A DNA stretch of 64,000 nucleotides from positions 125,924 through 189,923 of the forward strand of contig JBNZDD010013503.1 of assembly GCA_050575255.1 (NCBI GenBank), written 5' to 3'. The notes beneath the pieces are model-generated. The model was given only the letters and a program-made list of their open reading frames with translations, was not told the DNA's origin and ran no database searches. Position numbers and translations under genes: made by a program. Position 1 is the first letter of the stretch, and each line of letters opens with the position of its first letter. Shown here in pieces: positions 13,660 to 25,256 of the stretch. The DNA comes from Harriotta raleighana. Lineage: Eukaryota.

Positions 13660-13965
13660 CTCTCTCAACTGTTGAATCAGAAAGCTTTGGATTCAAGATG
13701 CATGTCAGCATTGAACCCACAGTTCAGTGCAGTGTTGCATTGTGAAGGTGTAATTCTTTGGCAAGTCTGCCTGCTCATAACACCAATCAAAACTACTGAG
13801 CCACAGGTCTTTAGATGAAGTAGCCATTCCCTTCATAGAGCCTGCGGGACCAAAATGGCTGCCACATTTGCTTACAGTCAACACACTTTGCAGAAATTAT
13901 GTGCAAAGCTCTTTGAACTTGTTTCAATGTTAAAGGCACTATCTCAAATGTAAGGATTATTATAT
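13660..13965 (+). mobile_element. Degenerate DeuSINE
   Basis: aaatggctgccacatttgcttacagtca...aaggcactatctcaaatgtaaggattattat. Confidence 0.6.
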
Positions 13966-15792
13966 CATTGTTAGAAAACTGGTTAGAAAGAATTGCTCCT
14001 GGATTTTGGGTTCACTTGTAAAAACATTGGAGAAGTCAGACACTTATACATTTCCTGAACTATTTTCATAAGACCGATATTGCTTCCTCCAGGCTCTGTT
14101 TTGATGTGAATTGACCTGTCAGGGTCATACATTCTGCGTGTCAAGCTCTCTTGCCAGAAAGTATTAAAAAAGAATCACCAAAGGAAGCGAGGGAGCAGGA
14201 ATTCTCCAAGTCTCTCCATCTGCAGATACTTAGCAAAGGCAGGACGGCATCCTCAAAACAAGTGCTTGTACAGCAAAATATTTATAATATGAAAGCATTT
14301 CACACCTCATGAATGGTAGCCAAATGCAGAAACGTTTCATCATTTACATCATGCATAGAAAGTATGTTAAATCCACTCTAAAATCACTCAATTTGCGGTC
14401 ATGCCACAGTGCAGTAAAACGCTTATGTTGGTGCCGCTGAGCAAACATAGAACATGCTGACGAGCTGCCAGCCCAAAATGAAGCTTTTTTAAAAAAACTA
14501 AAATTATATTTCAGTATATTCCCCCCAAACACAATTTCCCCCAAAGGCTGTAATCTAATCTTGGGATTCGGGTGATGGATATAGAAAAGGATTCAAACTG
14601 AGTCACCTGAGCCTGTGATTAGATAGTGATCTTGTAATTCAGACCCAGACATTATTGGTTAGTTTAGTTACACTTTATCTAGCGTGTGTCGCCTGAATCG
14701 CTGAGCTGTAATAAAGATTGCCCTTGTTTACCTTGGGGGGCAGGCATCAACGGAACAAGGTGTGGTCAGGCCTCTGCAGGCACTGGGGCCTGTGATCCCA
14801 GCAAGGCTACACAACGACCAGCAGATTCAAAGTGAACTCATTTCCCGGTCACTGGGTTGATCCTGCTGATCACGCAGTGCGGGTTTATAATGGGAACCTT
14901 CCAGCATCATTGTGACATTTCAAGCAATAATGTAATGAAAAGATCAATCACACGAGTGATGAGGCATTTGATTGACCCCATTATAAATGATCCGGCGAAA
15001 CGCTTTGAGATATTCTCCTGATTGTGAAAGGCGCTATATCAAATGCAAGGATTATTATTAATAATAAAGGACAAGAGATTACTCCTTCTTCCCATACACA
15101 TATCAAAGGTATTTGGGGCGAGAGGATTGTCTTAAGTGCAGTATTGAGGAAAACTGTCCCAAAACTGACCACTGTTGACTTCATTTTGTTATTATAAACG
15201 GAAACAACAAATTTCCTTAGAGTTTAAGGCTGAATATTCCTTCATCTATAAGATTCTGAGAAAAACATGTTATTTTGCAGGTCAAACCCCTCTCAGTTGG
15301 AATTGCCTCTCTGCTATTAATTACTTTGCTGGTTAATACACTCATTGTGTTTATTGGTTCAAGGATTCAAGGACTACTGTCTGAAAGGTTCTATAAAAGA
15401 TCACGAGTGTGTTTAGAATTTCCTGAACTTCCTAAAGTTTAAATGAAATGACATTTATGACTGAGCTGGCCAGAGTAACTGATACAGTAAGTAGCAGATT
15501 TACAACCCTGAGTAGGACCTTATCTCGGGGGGTGGGGGGGATCACACAGTTTATTATCTTTTATACAGTGTGATTACAATCTTATATTTAGTGTTTGCAG
15601 AAAGCCAACAGATCTAGGTGACAGGGTAGCACGGTCTTTGATGTTAGCTGCTGAAAGTGTGTTGAGGTTCCATCTGTTACTGACACTGGGCCAATCTAAT
15701 GCTTCATTTGCATTCTCCTTTGAAGGAAATTGACAATAAGGGAGCTTTAGTGGCACAACTATGGCAAGGGTGCCTCAATATTTTCTCCCTGA

Positions 15793-16010
15793 AACTGGAA
15801 CTCTCTCCCCAAAACTGGAACACTTTCCCCCAAAAGGCTGTGGATGCTGGGTCAATTGGAATTATCAAGAATGAGATTGATCGATATTTGTTAGGTAAGG
15901 CAATCAAGGGATATGGAGAAAAGGTGGGGGAATGAAGTTGCGATACAGATCAGCCATTATCTGAGGGACTGAATGGCTGACTCCTGTTCCTATATTCCTA
16001 ATAATTCTTG
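15793..16010 (+). mobile_element. CR1/HER1-type LINE 3' end (ORF2 C-terminus plus 3'UTR)
   Basis: Peptide WNTFPQKAVDAGSIGIIKNEIDRYLLGKAIKGYGEK* followed by gatcagcca...gaatggctgactcctgttcctat, typical of shark CR1 ends. Confidence 0.85.
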
Positions 16011-18064
16011 TATTTGATACGGAACCAGTAGCATGGAAACATCTCGCAGCATTTAACAGGGAATTGTTGTCAAGTGTGGTAACTAGATGGAAGGTAAAGG
16101 CCAATTTTCACACAGGAAGGTCCCACAAACAGCTATGAAGTGAATGATGAATTTATCACAAGATCCCTCGCCTAAAAACAGCATGAACTGAATCTCACAG
16201 ATTTACATTATAGACAGTAAATTTAACCTTAATATAAGAGCCAGTTTAAGATTTTTTTTAACACAATTTCATAGTTTAATCTAAGACTAAACTGAATTTA
16301 AGACCTTAGAACTCTGCTAAAATAATTCACCTCTGCAGCTCTGGGCTTTGTATACCATCAACCACCACCACAAGGACATCAAATGCCAGCATTGCTATCT
16401 CAGCAATTGGGATGGCATTATGGTAACAGAGATGTTGTCTATGGCTCAGATTACTTTTCTCTCTGGTCCTTGATGTTCACGGGCAAACAAGACACAGAGA
16501 AGTAGCCAGCTGAGTGGGCCTTGTAAACAGGATACTCTGACCTTCTGTGGGGAGCAAAGCCTAGAACAGGTAAGAGATGTCAAATACAGCAGCCTTTCAT
16601 CCTCCTGCCTGATTCTCAAATTGACTTTGATACTGAAATAATCTTGAGGAAGCAAACCCTGGCCAGGGAACAGTTTGTGTTATGAGGAAATGCGTGAGGT
16701 AAAAAAAAGACAAAATATGAGCCGGTACTGTTCGAATGAAGCCCAAACACCAATTCAATCATAGAGAAAGAAGCACAGATTCTTTTATACAAGCCTCATT
16801 ATCCTGCACTGTTGGTTATCTTTCATAAAGCCTCAATACTCTCAACTGGGTGCTTAAACATTTTGTGATTTGGGTTTTAAATCTAGTTGTAAATTGGTTT
16901 ATAATAACAGTATTAACAAAATGCCAAGTAAGACTGGTGCAAGAATCCACTAATCTGCATCTTGTAGTTTCAGACATCTTAGGCACCAATCCAATTTGAC
17001 TGTTGTATTTAAAATCTGGGCCTGGGGCTGGGATACTGTGCGGTGGGGGGGTGGGGTGAGAGGGAGAGGGAAAAGATTGTTCAAAATGAAGTAGAAAGTT
17101 TTGTCCGTACAAAAGGGAATAAATTCAGCCTCATTCAAGCATGTCGATAAAGAGACCTTTGCTGTTGTATAACTGATTGAGTAAATATGTAGATATTAAA
17201 AAAAGATAGAGTACTGCATTCCATTGTCAATGAACCCAGTTTTTTAAAAAAAAATGATCTCCTGAAGGCTTTTTGAATTTTCAGATACAGAAAAGCATTT
17301 CATCCGTGCAGAGTTTGTGAAAGCAAAAAAAGATCAAAGGAAAGAGGGCGGGGGAGAGGGGGAGGGGAGAAAAAGGTGCAGCCTGCACTGCATTTAAGGT
17401 GCCTGACTTCAACACTTAGCAGTAATCCTTAAATTGTAAATTCCATGGCTGAAAGAACAAAGTGACAGTGTTCTGCATACTGCAGCTCTCTGCAAAGCAA
17501 CATTCTTTGTGACAGATAATCCAAAATCATGTGATTTGTATAATGTTTATCAATAGTTTGCAAATTGGCTCAGGGCTGTCAGTACATCTATAGCAGCCCG
17601 AGCATACTGTTTACACAGTTTGGATGCAGCCAGAGCTCATCTTAAACGATTGTTACAAAATAAAACAAGGGAGATTGAGAAATATTAGGAGCCATCGAAT
17701 ATCGACCGGGTTATTGGTGCTGCTTTTACGGGTCTGTGAGCAAAGATGAGACATTTACAGTTAAAACAGCTGCTCCTCGGATGAAATGAGAAGCACAAAA
17801 ATGCTTCAAAGAAGCAGCACTGAAAGATGTAAGGATCCATTGATGTAACATCAGACTGCCAGATAGGGCCATGCTATACTATTCTGCTAGCTGCAGGAAA
17901 TATGAATAAATATGAAAGAAATTATTAAATATAGAGTATGCTGGCATCCGCTTTGTGGGATGCTGGCAGTACACTGACAGGCTTCCACATTCACCACAAG
18001 ATCTCAACAACGAATTATATTTATACAATGTCCTTCATGTAGGATAATGTCTAAGGGCGCATCA

Positions 18065-18130
18065 CAACAACAACAAAATTACATTTATAGTGCGCCTTTC
18101 ATGTCGGGAGGATGTCCCAATGCGCTGTCA
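18065..18130 (-). mobile_element. L2-type 3' tail fragment
   Basis: (CAA)n aattacatttatagtgcgcctttcatgtcgggaggatgtccc. Confidence 0.75.
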
Positions 18131-18703
18131 CAGCGATACTGTCACACAAGTGACTAATGGAGACGGGGGAAGGGTTGACTTTGATGGGGTGGGGGGGATC
18201 AGGCACAAAATGCTTCCCCATAAAGGAAATGTCGACAGTATAACTAAATCAAGCCATCGCCTTCACCTCCTAGTGGCAAGGGATTAAGTGGTGCTGGTAG
18301 GCATTGGGAGATGTGGGTGGTGGGCCAATCACCGCAAGGTATGAAATATTCACTAAAAACCTCAGGCAAACTCCGAGGATAAGCCACCCACTAAACAGTC
18401 AATACGCAGGATAAAGTAAGAGATACAGTACTGTACCATGAAAATCCATTCAGAATGCTTTGTAGCTGAGGAAGCTGTTCAATAAAGACTCATGCCCATA
18501 ACAGGAAGCTAAATGGAGGAAGTTCTGGCTGTTCCATTCCAAACACTGTTCAGCACTAAACTGCAATGGTATTCATCTAAATATCATAGGCCATTTCCTC
18601 AACAGTGCCTTGTGCCACTTAAGTGACAAATAAGTTGCATTGCAACATGATTTACATTTGTAGAGCACCCTTCACTAGCTGAGGGAGTAGGCAGGTTGAA
18701 AAC

Positions 18704-18933
18704 AATAATAATAATCCTTGCATTTGATATAGTGCTTTTCACGTCTTCTAGACGTCTCAAAGCGCTTCATAGAATATACTGTAAAGTGAATTGACTGTAT
18801 ATTTATGGGCAAAATGCTGCAGCAAATTGCGCACAGCAGTGACCCAAAAACCAAACAGTCGTGGATTGAATTGACAATTTTATTATTATGACTTTATTAT
18901 TAAGGATTTATCATTAAGGAAACTTGCCTAAGG
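18704..18933 (-). mobile_element. Young (TTA)n-tailed SINE, 5'-truncated
   Basis: Close match to the full copies at 22847 and 41938. Confidence 0.8.
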
Positions 18934-18934
18934 T

Positions 18935-19480
18935 TAGGGGGTTTGGGAGGTGGCAGAGGTAGTGGGGAGCCAGGCCATCGAGCGCTTTGAAAGTGAAGAC
19001 CAGGATTTTTAACTATATCCTCTATCGCCGCACTTTGGAATGTCCTCCCAACATAAAAGGCACTATACAAATGTAATTTTGTTGTTATTTTGTGGTTATG
19101 AAATGGGAAGACAGTGGAGTCGGGTGAGGATGGGGGTGGCAGGGTCACTGAGCCACATGCTCGGGGTGCAGAGTTCTAGATGATCTGCAACCTATGTAGG
19201 GAGGAATTAGGAAGGCTAACAAGCAGGCAGCTTGCGTAACCATCCTGGATGTTATATGTATGAGGGTTTCGGTGGCCTGTGGTGTGAGACAGTGTCAAAG
19301 CCAAGCGATGTTGTGGAGGTGAGAAAAGGGTCATGGCACTGATGTAGGGTATGAAAGACAGTTGAAAGTCGAATAGGACACCAAGGTTCTGTATTGCATT
19401 CTTGAGATATAAAATGCATCTATGGAGGCAGATGTTGTCAGCACCTGAGGTATGGAGGCCCCAAGCAGGAGGGCCTCTGC
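18935..19480 (-). mobile_element. Degenerate L2 ORF2 C-terminal fragment, interrupted by a plus-strand L2 tail at ~19030-19085
   Basis: The minus strand encodes NLGVLFDFQLSF..., LHNIAWL, SLHRLQII and KILVFTFKALDGLAPHYL motifs, with stops and frameshifts. Confidence 0.75.
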
Positions 19481-20419
19481 CTTGTTAAAATACATATTCA
19501 GTATCCAATGACTGCATCACGCAAACTATTACACTACCACTCCTCCCCCCACCCCACCCCCACACACACAAACAAACAAAACAAGAGTTCTTGCATTATA
19601 GTCAGCTGCAAATTATTGTTAGATAAACCCAAAGTGTTGACATCACAAAGAACATGAATTCCATTCCCCATGCTTGTGGATGGTCAACCATTACCAGAAA
19701 ACCAACCGTTTAAAAAGGGGCATGAACCCAAAATATTATACAATTGCATTAAAATAAATCATACCCACGCAATTTATTTTTTTAATAAACAGACCACAAT
19801 GTGTGATGCCAAGACTGCAAGGGTAAACTGTGGTCAGGGTACAGACTGCATTCATTAAACAGTTGAGGCTCCCTCTCACAGATTATTTCATCCCAAGCCT
19901 GCAAGCATGCAGCACACTCTCAGTCATCTGTTTTTCTGTGTAATATACATTACACAGTTAACCTTGAATGATTTGCAAAGGCAACAACATTTGGCTTGCG
20001 GTTGTAACTATTAATGTCACATATTAACAAAGTCATTTGAACCAACATACAAGGAATACTGCAACTTCAAAGTGCCAGATGACGAATCAGAGACAGTCAG
20101 TTGACAAAACACAAATGTAGAAAACAAACATAGTGCACAAAATGAGCTTGTTAAAGGAACAGTTAAGACATAATTGGTGTTTTTGGCAGAACAGATAATT
20201 TGTACTGTGTACAAATCAGGTCACTGTATTACAGTAGGGATATCCTGACATTGGATGGGAACCAGAAAAGGTCGCCAATTGATAACTAGAATCAGGCACC
20301 TGAATTCTGACACTCTGTCCAGCATGGAGGGCGCTATATAAATCCAAATTGTTGTTGTTGGCAGGCTGTGGAAACTGGAAATAATGATGTCCCCAAGATC
20401 CTAGAGGATATAGATAAAT

Positions 20420-20710
20420 CACCCCTAAAAACTTGTTTAACAACCATCAATCAAACTAGACTGGGGATACCAAGTTGATTTTAGAAAAGAGAAGATGATC
20501 AAAAAGCTTAGATTTCATTAACTTCCCCAGAGAGCAATGAATATGTGCAATAGACTACCCAGATTGTGTCAGCAAAATCAACAGAGAATTAGCTAGCTAG
20601 TTGAGAAGGAAATAGATTGAGAAGTACAAGTGTGTTTTTTTATTCTTTTGAACATTCAGGTGGATACCAATTAACTTGTCCAGTCTTCTACACTTTTATG
20701 TTCCTATTAA
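20420..20710 (+). mobile_element. Highly degenerate CR1 3' fragment
   Basis: actagactggggatacc...cagagagcaatgaatatgtgcaatagactaccc...ttttatgttcctat. Confidence 0.5.
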
Positions 20711-22510
20711 AATCGTCCAACAAGCTTTGACTGATCACAAACTTGGGAGTACGGCGCAGAAATGAACCCTGTCACCTCGCTGAAACTGTGCGACACATTT
20801 GTTGGGACTTCAAATTCCAAGAACTCTTCCCAGATTATATGAAGAACCCTGAGGCCTTTCAACAGTTATTCTGCACCTTTTCATTGCAGCCTCAAAACAA
20901 ACAGTTTAATAGTTCAGGTCCCTAGCCAGTGCACTTTGGATGTACTGCAGTTGATGGTTCAGGATTGAATCAGTTAGTGCAGTTAAAATACAGAGTTCTG
21001 TGATCACAGCAATCTTGTATAAAATAAATTGAAGTAGTTGGTGATATAATCAGCACAAAAAGTAAAAGAAATCTAAATTTCCTCATACTCCTTCCCAAAG
21101 TTTCTGGTTTCCTAAAGAGTTAGCTAACTTAACGCAGCTTCTCATAGTGTCTGTGTGTGCATATGTGTGTGTGGCGGGTGAGGGGGGGTGGGGAAGAGAT
21201 TAAAATGATCAACAGTAATTAAGAAAAGATCAGCATCTTCCATTTCCTGGAGCTCTGAGTGTGCTGGAACCCATTACACCTTTGTGATACAGATTTGTAA
21301 AATGTTCAGGAGACTGACAGACTTGCTTCCCCTCGGGGTGTGGGTAAGGTGGTTGAGTTAAAACGTTGTCCACCAGCCTCTGTACTTTCATGGTTATAGA
21401 GCAATGGAGTAGTTTGGAAAATCGTTAAAAAATGGAACGAGGAGATAAAGGTGTTTACACAGGGCTGCAGCAGTTTGGCTGGTGGCAAAATCGCCTGTGA
21501 TTTCAACAAGAGTTTTCTGCAGGAAAAACTTTTTCCTTTCTTTTTCCTCATGCATTTCCCCAGATCGTGGCTCAGACCCTAATTCTCATCAAAGACAAAG
21601 ATTCACACCTCTGCATGCGTTCATGTTAATCTCTGGAGAGTGTGTGTGTATGTGTGTGCATATCAAATGGTCTAGCTTATCAATCGGACTTTGAGGGGTA
21701 GATATGTCACTGTGGTAAAGGGAACAGCAACAACAACATAGCGCCCCCACAACGGGTAGCATCTCAAGAGACATGATACAGAGGTCAGCATTCCTCTCAT
21801 TCAGCAGTGTCATTCAGCAGTGGGTGCAGCTCACTTTCACTGCTTTGTGACTAAGGCCTGTGGGGTTTTGCAACAGATATAAATTCCTTGGTCCCACTGA
21901 GGTGACACAAGAGGAACAGCCAGTGAAACACCATGTAATTACACTAGTGTAATTCTATAAACAGGTCTCAGATTGATGCTCTGATGGAAGACATAACAGC
22001 AGCAACACAGTTGGTTTGTCTTTGATCCTCACGGCAAGTCCGATATCTGACAGAACATCAGTCTCACCTTGTGTTTTAAGGGTTTGGCTGAAGTAAACTA
22101 ATAAGTAAATTGTGACGTTTTGAGACCCCATTGAGACCTGGAGTGACACCTTCTCCACTGTGCAGCGATGGAATAGTACTGAGAGAACCGTGAGACGCAA
22201 GGGATGGCTGTTTGCATATTTTCACAATATGACAACCCTGAAATTTAGGTATTTGTGCAACTGGAACTTAAATGCTGCTTGCTCAGATCAGCACATAGTA
22301 AGTACTGGTTCCCAGGCTCGTCAAACCAATTTTTATTTGTGCAGCATGGGAAAGAATGCTGATACTTACACACACTCTGTGTTTGTGGCGATGTTACTCT
22401 TTTAAGAGGCAACATTAATTCTTTTCAACTTTGATCAAAAATAGGTTTTAGCAATCAAACTGGAAAGGATAAATTCAATTTAATTAAAACGGAAACAGTG
22501 CAGTGCTGTA

Positions 22511-23240
22511 AACCTTACATTTGACCCAATGCCTTTCAGGTAGGCCTGATGTCCCGAAGTTTTTCTCGGGATATACAGTACTATAAAGTGACTATGTACC
22601 TTAATTTATGGTTGAACATGACAGCGAATTTGCACACAGCAATGTCCCAGAGACAATTTCCTTTGGGGGATTGTTGGTCAGAAACCTGGTGAAATTCCCT
22701 TCTCTTTTTTGAGCCATGTCATGGGATATTTAATATACACCTGAACAGGTAGATGGGTTGTTGGCTTAATGTTTCATCCTAAGGATGGCACCTTCACCAT
22801 TTCAGCACACTCCCAGCATTATCAACACAGTCTATATGAGAATGCTGTGGAGCTCCTGAAGCTCAGTGGTTCGAGCACTCGCCTTACAAACATGAAACCT
22901 GTGTTCGAATCCAGGCAGATCAAGGCGAACCCTTGGGCAAGTTTCCTTACTCCACACGCCTAGTAATAAACCGTCCCAAAAAACCCACAATAATAAATAT
23001 TAGTCATTTTTAATCCACGACTGTTTGTGGGACACTGCTGTGTGCAATTGCCTGCTGCGTTTGCCCACAAATATACAGTCAATTCACTTTACAGTATATT
23101 CTGTGAAGTGCTTTGAGACGTGAATGTGAAAAGCACTATGTTAAATGCAAGGATTATTATTATTACATTATAACATAACAAGGGGTTTCAACCTGTCTCA
23201 GAGGCAAGAGTGCAGTCAACTGAGCCAGGCTGCAACACTC
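22511..23240 (-). mobile_element. Old full-length DeuSINE split by a younger SINE
   Basis: Tail and Deu domain at 22511-22830 (aatttgcacacagcaatgtccc...catgggat...cacctgaacaggtagatggg...catcctaaggatggcacct). Head at ~23180-23240 (reverse complement: gcctggctcagttgactgcactcttgcctctgag). Confidence 0.7.
22847..23164 (+). mobile_element. Young full-length tRNA-derived SINE with partial Deu domain and (TTA)n tail
   Basis: Box A-like agctcagtgg, box B gttcgaatcc, body gactgtttgtgggacactgctgtgtgcaattg, tail gtgaaaagcactatgttaaatgcaaggattattatt. Confidence 0.88.
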
Positions 23241-24619
23241 TGCTAAACTCTGCACAGCATATTTTGAGGAACACTGTGTTGTATTTCGCCACTGGTGAGT
23301 GGATTTCAACTTATTTTGAAACTTGCAAATCTATCACTGAACTTTCCGTGCCTTGCTTGGCTTGTTCTGTTTGAATGCCTGGCTTGCAGAGAATTCATCC
23401 ACATTGCATTGGGCAAGATAAGAGTACAATTACCTTTGCGTGGTTTCAGATGAAACACGATGCAGGAGGAGGGGCTGTCTGCAAAAGACAAAATCAGCCA
23501 GGGAAATGAGACATCTAAAACGGTTCTGTTTTTCTGCAAGGCAGGGGTGGGCAAAGCTGATTATTTTGCAGACTCCAAGCGACATTCACCTTGCTCAGGC
23601 AACTCAAGAGATGTAACATACAGTGGCAAAGGAACGAGGAACTTTGTCCCTCCACTTCAGTGACATAAATGTATTTCCTTCACTTTGTTCCAGTAACAGC
23701 AGGTTTTCCGCTTTATATCAACAAATCGCACACTGCATCCAGGGGTAGCCAACACTCACGTTCCAGTTTATTGCTTTTCTGTCACATTTCATTAGTGAGG
23801 GAGGATGCATCATGTAAATTTGGGTATAGCTCTTCGACAATGTGCACACATATGGCCTGCAGTAAGAAAGCGCTACTCAACTCAAAAGACACATACCAAA
23901 ATAATCGACAACAGATGTCTTCGAAAGAATGCATCTCTGTGATATATTTGCTGTAAGCTTCAGCAGTTGTGCTGCTGAAATGGTTCACCTTCCATAATGA
24001 AAGCAACGCAAAGGTTCATGGATTGACAGTGCAATGGCTAAGATGTTCTCCGTCGTGGCACATAACCAAGGTTCCACTGCACATTCCCTGTGAACATCTC
24101 TAAGTAGTTAAACTTCATCTGAGAGCAACATTTTCATTGTCTATTGACAGTTGACTTCAGGCCACTGGCTCCTGGATGCGTTACTTTGCCAGATCAATCT
24201 CTCCGCTACAACACAAATAAATTCTTGACAAGTCTCATGACATCAAGCTTGCAAGAAACTCAAGTAACACCAGTTAGACCTGAAGCTTTGATGATATAAA
24301 TAGCTGCAGTTTGTAGTGAAGCTCACTCTAGTAACCAGGTCAGTGTGTCCTTCACTGGCACTGCTTGGGAACATCAGAGTTAACAAAGGATGGCAGCATC
24401 CGCCAGGTCACATTGCTTAGACAATGATGTCAGAGCCCTGCCTGGCTTTGAGGATGTTTTGACTGAGTACAGAGCATCTCATAGTTTAAAGACCACATTT
24501 TCTTCAAATGAATTTTACTTGAGTGAGTTTTTTGGAATGAAAGACATAGCTGAGCATCTGTCCGAATCGCTGACATGTTATAAGCGAGTAGACAGGCAAA
24601 CAACAAACAGAAGCAACAT

Positions 24620-24911
24620 ACAGAAGTGATGATCACTTAAACTGTGATCACACAGGTTTTAATTCCCACGACACTATTTGAAAAGAGAAGGGAGTTTCTC
24701 CAGGTGTCCTGACCAACAATCCTTCAGATAATTTGTCCAGTCGTTTTATGGATGTTTGTGGAGCCTTGCTGTGTGAAAATTGGCTGTATCACACAACTAC
24801 ACTCACTACACTCGATAGCAAATAATTATTGAAGAACATTGCGATGTATTGAATGTATTGATATTGGTGTTTTATCAAATGCAAAGCTTATTTATAAGAT
24901 TATTATTATTA
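24620..24911 (+). mobile_element. Old DeuSINE immediately 3' (in transcript orientation) of exon I
   Basis: cactatttgaaaagagaagggagtttctccaggtgtcctgacc...tttgtggagccttgctgtgtgaaaattggctg. Confidence 0.7.
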
Positions 24912-24972
24912 CAACAACAACAAAATTACATTTGTAGAGCGCTTTTCACATTGGGAGGACATCCCAAGGTGC
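24912..24972 (-). mobile_element. L2-type 3' tail fragment, tail-to-tail with the preceding SINE
   Basis: (CAA)n aattacatttgtagagcgcttttcacattgggaggacatcccaagg. Confidence 0.75.
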
Positions 24973-25025
24973 TGATGATTATTATTATTACTATTACAGA
25001 AGCAGGTTCCTGGAGAGAATCCTAC

Positions 25026-25256
25026 CTTCTCTGCCGCCTGCTCCAGTTCAGAAGTGCTCGCCCTCTGCATCTCCAACTTCATCCTCTCCATCTCTGCTTT
25101 CAGTTTGCTGATGCTTGCCTCATGCTCAAGTAGCGCCTTCTGCTTCTCTTCCTCGCGTAGTAGGCCCAGCTCCACCAGCTGCTGCTTACGCTGGGAGTTC
25201 ACCTTGATCAGCTCCTCACGCAACTGGTGCACTTGAGCCTCCAACTCTGAGATGGT
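25026..25256 (-). CDS. CEP112: CEP112 exon I (231 nt): TISELEAQVHQLREELIKVNSQRKQQLVELGLLREEEKQKALLEHEASISKLKAEMERMKLEMQRASTSELEQAAEK
   Basis: Acceptor ctgttgcag|ACC and donor AAG|gtagga. Confidence 0.95.
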
